Positions 60,145 to 64,000 of a stretch of 64,000 nucleotides of DNA are shown piece by piece. Position 1 is the stretch's first letter. Each line of letters begins with the position of its first letter. The translations under genes were made by a program, and so were the position numbers. Source of the DNA: Escherichia coli (GTDB taxonomy: Bacteria > Pseudomonadota > Gammaproteobacteria > Enterobacterales > Enterobacteriaceae); the NCBI RefSeq assembly GCF_003991155.1, contig NZ_CP031293.1; one strand, 5' to 3'. The notes below the pieces were generated by a model that saw nothing but the letters and a program-made list of their open reading frames with translations, did no database searches and had not been told where the DNA came from.

Positions 60145-60893
60145 ATAGCCAGTGCCAACGTTTTATCATCATCCGTACGCTCGTTTACCGCCGGGCTGGA
60201 CAAAAACTGCTTTAACAATTCAGGTAATAAATCGAGTTGTTCCTGCGTTGCTGACGCCAGTCCATTGAAAAACGGGGTAAAGAAAGGCACATGCGGAGAA
60301 TTATCCAGCATATTTAACGCCAGTCTCTGAATACCATCCGTAAATGCTGCAACTCTATGCGCACGCTCAGTGCTGGTGAAAGTTTCCAGTCTGGAAACGG
60401 CATCTTCATCGGTAATGAAATGCGTCATGTTGGCATATTCACCCACCATCGGCGTGAGAGGCAATTGCAGACCGTGACCCAAATCTACCACCACGCCGCC
60501 ATCGCCAATCTGCATAATCAAGGTGCCGTCAGGCGATGAAATCAGTCCCAGAAATGTGCAGGCAAAATCGCGAACCGCTAATTCTTTGGCTTCCGCCTCG
60601 GCAAAAAGTCGCTGACGAACGGTCAGCACAATATCCGTTGCGAGGACATCATTAAGCCCCAATTCCCCGCCCTGCACTTTTTGCATCATATAAGCCATCG
60701 CTTCATTGACGGCAAGCGTCGCACCTTCGCCACCCTGCGAAACGCTGCCTGCGCCATCAGCGACAAATACCGTCAATAATGGCTGCTGGTCTTCTAGCCA
60801 GGCAACCTGCATCTGGCAGGCATCCTGGCAAGGCAAGTCCGCGCTGATGTGCGACGTTCCAACGGTTGATGCATAGACCAGACGCCAGCTCAC
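60132..60893 (-). CDS. yegK: PP2C-family Ser/Thr protein phosphatase
   Basis: 253-aa ORF with PP2C-like metal-binding motifs (VADGAGS, TDG); overlaps yegI start and yegL stop. Confidence 0.85.
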   Translation of the reverse strand: MSWRLVYASTVGTSHISADLPCQDACQMQVAWLEDQQPLLTVFVADGAGSVSQGGEGATLAVNEAMAYMMQKVQGGELGLNDVLATDIVLTVRQRLFAEAEAKELAVRDFACTFLGLISSPDGTLIMQIGDGGVVVDLGHGLQLPLTPMVGEYANMTHFITDEDAVSRLETFTSTERAHRVAAFTDGIQRLALNMLDNSPHVPFFTPFFNGLASATQEQLDLLPELLKQFLSSPAVNERTDDDKTLALAMWLP

Positions 60894-61549
60894 ACTGACG
60901 TCCAGCCTTTTGGCGCTTCCAGCACAACTTCCGTTCCCGGCGTGGAGCGGGAAACCGAACGCAGCGAACTGGATAACCAGCTAAACAGTTCACGGAATTG
61001 TAATCCCTGCAGTGGCAAAGGCTGACGAACGCTGATTTGTGCCAAAGTCTTCATATCCGCCCCCTGAACACCGATGGAAAAGAAGGCAAACTTCTTATCT
61101 TCTTCCCCCTGAAACACTTTGTTGGCGGCAGCCTGCCACTCATCGGTTGGAGCGCCATCAGTGATCAGGAAAATCCACGGGCGATAATACGAAATACCAT
61201 TGGCACGATACTCACGTTTGCGCTCCTCAACCATATTCAGGGCTTTGGTAATGGCAGCGCCCATTGGTGTATCGCCCTGGGCAAACAGGATGGGCGGGAA
61301 AAAATTAGCGGCGCTGGTAAAGGGTTGTTCCACATGCACCGGGCCGAACGTCACAATACCGAGTTCCACTCTTTTTAAGGCCAGCGAATCGGCAAGCAGC
61401 TCATCGCGAAAGGTAACCAATCCGGCGTTAAGTTCATTAATGGGTCTACCGTTCATAGAACCAGAAACATCCAGCAGCAAAATGCAGGGGCAACGTGGTT
61501 CCGGGTTACTGGCAAAATCGCTGGTGGCAAACGTGATTTGTTCGCTCAT
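60890..61549 (-). CDS. yegL: von Willebrand factor type A (VWA) domain protein
   Basis: 219-aa ORF with MIDAS-like DVSGSM motif near the N-terminus. Confidence 0.85.
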   Translation of the reverse strand: MSEQITFATSDFASNPEPRCPCILLLDVSGSMNGRPINELNAGLVTFRDELLADSLALKRVELGIVTFGPVHVEQPFTSAANFFPPILFAQGDTPMGAAITKALNMVEERKREYRANGISYYRPWIFLITDGAPTDEWQAAANKVFQGEEDKKFAFFSIGVQGADMKTLAQISVRQPLPLQGLQFRELFSWLSSSLRSVSRSTPGTEVVLEAPKGWTSV

Positions 61550-61730
61550 AAGAAATCCTTTCTTAGAGAATTATTGAGGTCCGGTATCATACCGATTGCA
61601 ATAATGAAATAAGAGCAAACGAAGAAACTTTCAGAATTAGGCCCGGCGGCGCAGAAAATTTTGCTATTCGCCTCGCAAGAACGGAGAGCCGTCGATTGAC
61701 ACTAAGGGCGGAGTGACATAATTTCAGGAG

Positions 61731-61858
61731 TGAGGGTTAGGGAGAGGTTTCCCCCTCCCCCTGGTGTTCTTAGTAAGCCTGGAAGCTAATCACTAAGAGT
61801 ATCACCAGTATGATGACGTGCTTCATCATAACCCTTTCCTTATTAAAAGTCCTCTTCT
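61731..61858 (+). ncRNA. Sib-family antisense sRNA, copy 1 (approximate ends)
   Basis: -35 ttgaca (61696..61701), 17-nt spacer, -10 taattt; transcript fully overlaps the ibs ORF on the opposite strand; ends at GC hairpin plus tttcccgttt. Confidence 0.5.
61770..61829 (-). CDS. ibsA: Ibs-family type I toxin peptide, copy 1 (MMKHVIILVILLVISFQAY)
   Basis: 19-codon hydrophobic ORF antisense to the repeat unit; closely resembles IbsA as remembered. Confidence 0.7.
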   Translation of the reverse strand: MMKHVIILVILLVISFQAY

Positions 61859-62064
61859 CCGGGAGAGGGTTTCCCGTTTCAGCGTCCCGCTGAAATCGTC
61901 GGCTTACCTCCTTTCGCCCTGAATGCAGTCTATCGCTAACGCGTGAACAAAATAGTTTCCTCTGTGATTATTGCGTAACGTCTCGCAAAGAATATTTGCT
62001 GGCAGGATCGCAGACTACAAAGCCTGCGGATTGACAATCTGATTGTGAAGGCATACTTTCAGGA

Positions 62065-62207
62065 GTGAGGGTAGAGCGGGGTTTCCCCCGCCCTGGTAGT
62101 CTTAGTAAGCGGGGAAGCTTATGACTAAGAGCACCACGATGATGAGTATCTTCATCATGACCCTTTCCTTATTTAAGGCCCCTTCCTCGGGAGGGGCTTT
62201 CCCGTTT
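62065..62207 (+). ncRNA. Sib-family antisense sRNA, copy 2 (approximate ends)
   Basis: ttgaca -35 at 62031..62036, tacttt -10; terminator hairpin gccccttcctcgggaggggc plus tttcccgttt. Confidence 0.5.
62102..62158 (-). CDS. Ibs-family type I toxin peptide, copy 2 (MMKILIIVVLLVISFPAY)
   Basis: 18-codon hydrophobic ORF at the equivalent place in repeat unit 2. Confidence 0.7.
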   Translation of the reverse strand: MMKILIIVVLLVISFPAY

Positions 62208-62392
62208 CAGCGTCCCGCTGAAATCGTCGGCCTACCTCCTTTTGCCCTGAATACAGTCTATCGCTAACGCGTGAACAAAATAGTTTCCTCTGTGATTATT
62301 GCGTAACGTCTCGCAAAGAATATTTGCTGGCAGGATCGCAGACTACAAAGCCTGCGGATTGACAATCTGATTGTGAAGGCATACTTTCAGGA

Positions 62393-62535
62393 GTGAGGGT
62401 AGAGCGGGGTTTCCCCCGCCCTGGTAGTCTTAGTAAGCGGGGAAGCTTATGACTAAGAGCACCACGATGATGAGTATCTTCATCATGACCCTTTCCTTAT
62501 TTAAGGCCCCTTCCTCGGGAGGGGCTTTCCCGTTT
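62393..62535 (+). ncRNA. Sib-family antisense sRNA, copy 3 (approximate ends)
   Basis: Same promoter and terminator architecture as copy 2. Confidence 0.5.
62430..62486 (-). CDS. Ibs-family type I toxin peptide, copy 3 (MMKILIIVVLLVISFPAY)
   Basis: 18-codon ORF identical in protein to copy 2. Confidence 0.7.
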   Translation of the reverse strand: MMKILIIVVLLVISFPAY

Positions 62536-62720
62536 CAGCGTCCCGCTGAAATCGTCGGCCTACCTCCTTTTGCCCTGAATACAGTCTATCGCTAACGCGT
62601 GAACAAAATAGTTTCCCCTGTGATTATTGCGTAACGACTCGCAAAGAATATTTGCTGGCAGGATCGCAGACTACAAAGCCTGCGGATTGACAATCTGATT
62701 GTGAAGGCATACTTTCAGGA

Positions 62721-62863
62721 GTGAGGGTAGAGCGGGGTTTCCCCCGCCCTGGTAGTCTTAGTAAGCCGGGAAGCTTATGACTAAGAGCACCACGATGATG
62801 ATCCACTTCATCATGACCCTTTCCTTATTTAAGGCCCCTTCCTCGGGAGGGGCTTTCCCGTTT
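62721..62863 (+). ncRNA. Sib-family antisense sRNA, copy 4 (approximate ends)
   Basis: Same promoter and terminator architecture. Confidence 0.5.
62758..62814 (-). CDS. Ibs-family type I toxin peptide, copy 4 (MMKWIIIVVLLVISFPAY)
   Basis: 18-codon ORF; differs from copies 2 and 3 at positions 4-5. Confidence 0.65.
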   Translation of the reverse strand: MMKWIIIVVLLVISFPAY

Positions 62864-63048
62864 CAGCGTCCCGCTGAAATCATCGGCTTACCTCCTTTCG
62901 CCCTGAATGCAGTCTATCGCTGACTTGCGGATAAAATAGTTTCACATGTGATTATTGCGTGACGTCTCGCAAAGAATATTTGCTGGCAGGATCGCAGACT
63001 GCAAAGCCTGCGGATTGACAATCGGACCGTGAAGGCATACTTTCAGGA

Positions 63049-63191
63049 GTGAGGGTAGAGCGGGGTTTCCCCCGCCCTGGTAGTCTTAGTATGCTGGGTA
63101 GCTAATCACTAAGAGCACCACGATGATGAGTAGCTTCATCATGACCCTTTCCTTATTTAAGGCCCCTTCCTCGGGAGGGGCTTTCCCGTTT
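63049..63191 (+). ncRNA. Sib-family antisense sRNA, copy 5 (approximate ends)
   Basis: ttgaca at 63015..63020; terminator plus tttcccgttt near 63183. Confidence 0.5.
63086..63142 (-). CDS. Ibs-family type I toxin peptide, copy 5 (MMKLLIIVVLLVISYPAY)
   Basis: 18-codon ORF; variant C-terminal region. Confidence 0.65.
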   Translation of the reverse strand: MMKLLIIVVLLVISYPAY

Positions 63192-63420
63192 CAGCGTCCC
63201 GCTGAAATCATCGGCTTACCTCCTTTCGCCCTGAATGCAGTCTATCGCTAACGCGTAGATAAAATAGTTTCCTGTGTTATTACTGGATGCGTGCTCGCAA
63301 AAGTGCCTGCCATTCAGACGATTCCCGACAGTGTTTCATAATTCCTCCATTTTTCTCCCTTATTGGCTGGCTACACTAGTATCATTCCGCGAAACGTTTC
63401 AGGAAGAGAAACTCTTAACG

Positions 63421-64000
63421 ATGAAAGGCAGTTATAAATCCCGTTGGGTAATCGTAATCGTGGTGGTTATCGCCGCCATCGCCGCATTCTGGTTCTGGCA
63501 AGGCCGCAATGACTCCCGGAGTGCAGCCTCAGGGGCGACGAAACAAGCGCAGCAATCGCCAGCGGGTGGTCGCCGTGGTATGCGTGCCGGTCCATTAGCC
63601 CCGGTTCAGGCAGCGACCGCCGTAGAACAAGCTGTGCCACGTTATCTCACCGGGCTTGGCACCATTACCGCCGCTAATACTGTTACGGTGCGCAGCCGCG
63701 TGGACGGTCAACTGATGGCGTTGCATTTCCAGGAAGGCCAGCAGGTCAAAGCTGGCGATTTACTGGCAGAAATTGACCCCAGCCAGTTCAAAGTTGCATT
63801 AGCACAAGCCCAGGGCCAACTGGCAAAAGATAAAGCCACGCTTGCCAACGCCCGCCGTGACCTGGCGCGTTATCAACAACTGGTAAAAACCAATCTCGTA
63901 TCTCGTCAGGAACTGGATGCCCAACAAGCGCTGGTCAGTGAAACCGAAGGTACCATTAAGGCTGATGAAGCAAGCGTCGCCAGCGCGCAATTGCAACTCG
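63421..64000 (+). CDS. mdtA: Multidrug efflux RND membrane-fusion protein, N-terminal part (3' end lies outside the window)
   Basis: ATG at 63421 followed by [30 protein letters not shown]...; open to the window end; not in the ORF track because no stop is reached. Confidence 0.85.
   Translation, partial: MKGSYKSRWVIVIVVVIAAIAAFWFWQGRNDSRSAASGATKQAQQSPAGGRRGMRAGPLAPVQAATAVEQAVPRYLTGLGTITAANTVTVRSRVDGQLMALHFQEGQQVKAGDLLAEIDPSQFKVALAQAQGQLAKDKATLANARRDLARYQQLVKTNLVSRQELDAQQALVSETEGTIKADEASVASAQLQL

Larger units (their letters stand above)
61660..63260. repeat. Five tandem ~330-bp repeat units (QUAD-type), each carrying one sib/ibs pair
   Basis: Unit landmarks (ttgaca -35 boxes) recur at 61696, 62031, 62359, 62687 and 63015; units 2-4 nearly identical, units 1 and 5 more diverged. 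Confidence 0.9.

Overview
This window reads as a contiguous Escherichia coli chromosomal segment, not K-12, running from the distal his operon through the O-antigen cluster and colanic acid cluster to the start of mdtA. Gene order on the + strand coordinates: hisB(partial)-hisH-hisA-hisF-hisI; then on the minus strand wzzB, ugd, gnd, a visibly AT-rich Wzx/Wzy-type O-antigen cluster (manB, GT2, manC, gmm, fcl, gmd, GT4, galE-like epimerase, GT4, wzy, GT2, wzx), galF, a Z3206-type epimerase, and the complete colanic acid cluster (wcaM to wza, with wzc and wzb). Downstream are yegH, a small toxin-antitoxin-like pair, asmA, dcd, udk, dgcE (yegE), alkA, yegD, the yegL-yegK-yegI operon, five tandem ~330-bp ibs/sib type I toxin-antitoxin repeats, and the 5' end of mdtA. 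Most of the window is well-known conserved biology and I see no clearly undescribed system. The parts most worth follow-up are the HigB/HigA-like pair between yegH and asmA, the compact VWA/PP2C/kinase operon, the five-copy ibs/sib array, and the ~1.3-kb near-identical manB/cpsG direct repeat flanking the O-antigen locus. All calls rest on reading the supplied translations and sequence by eye against remembered protein families; no database search was run.
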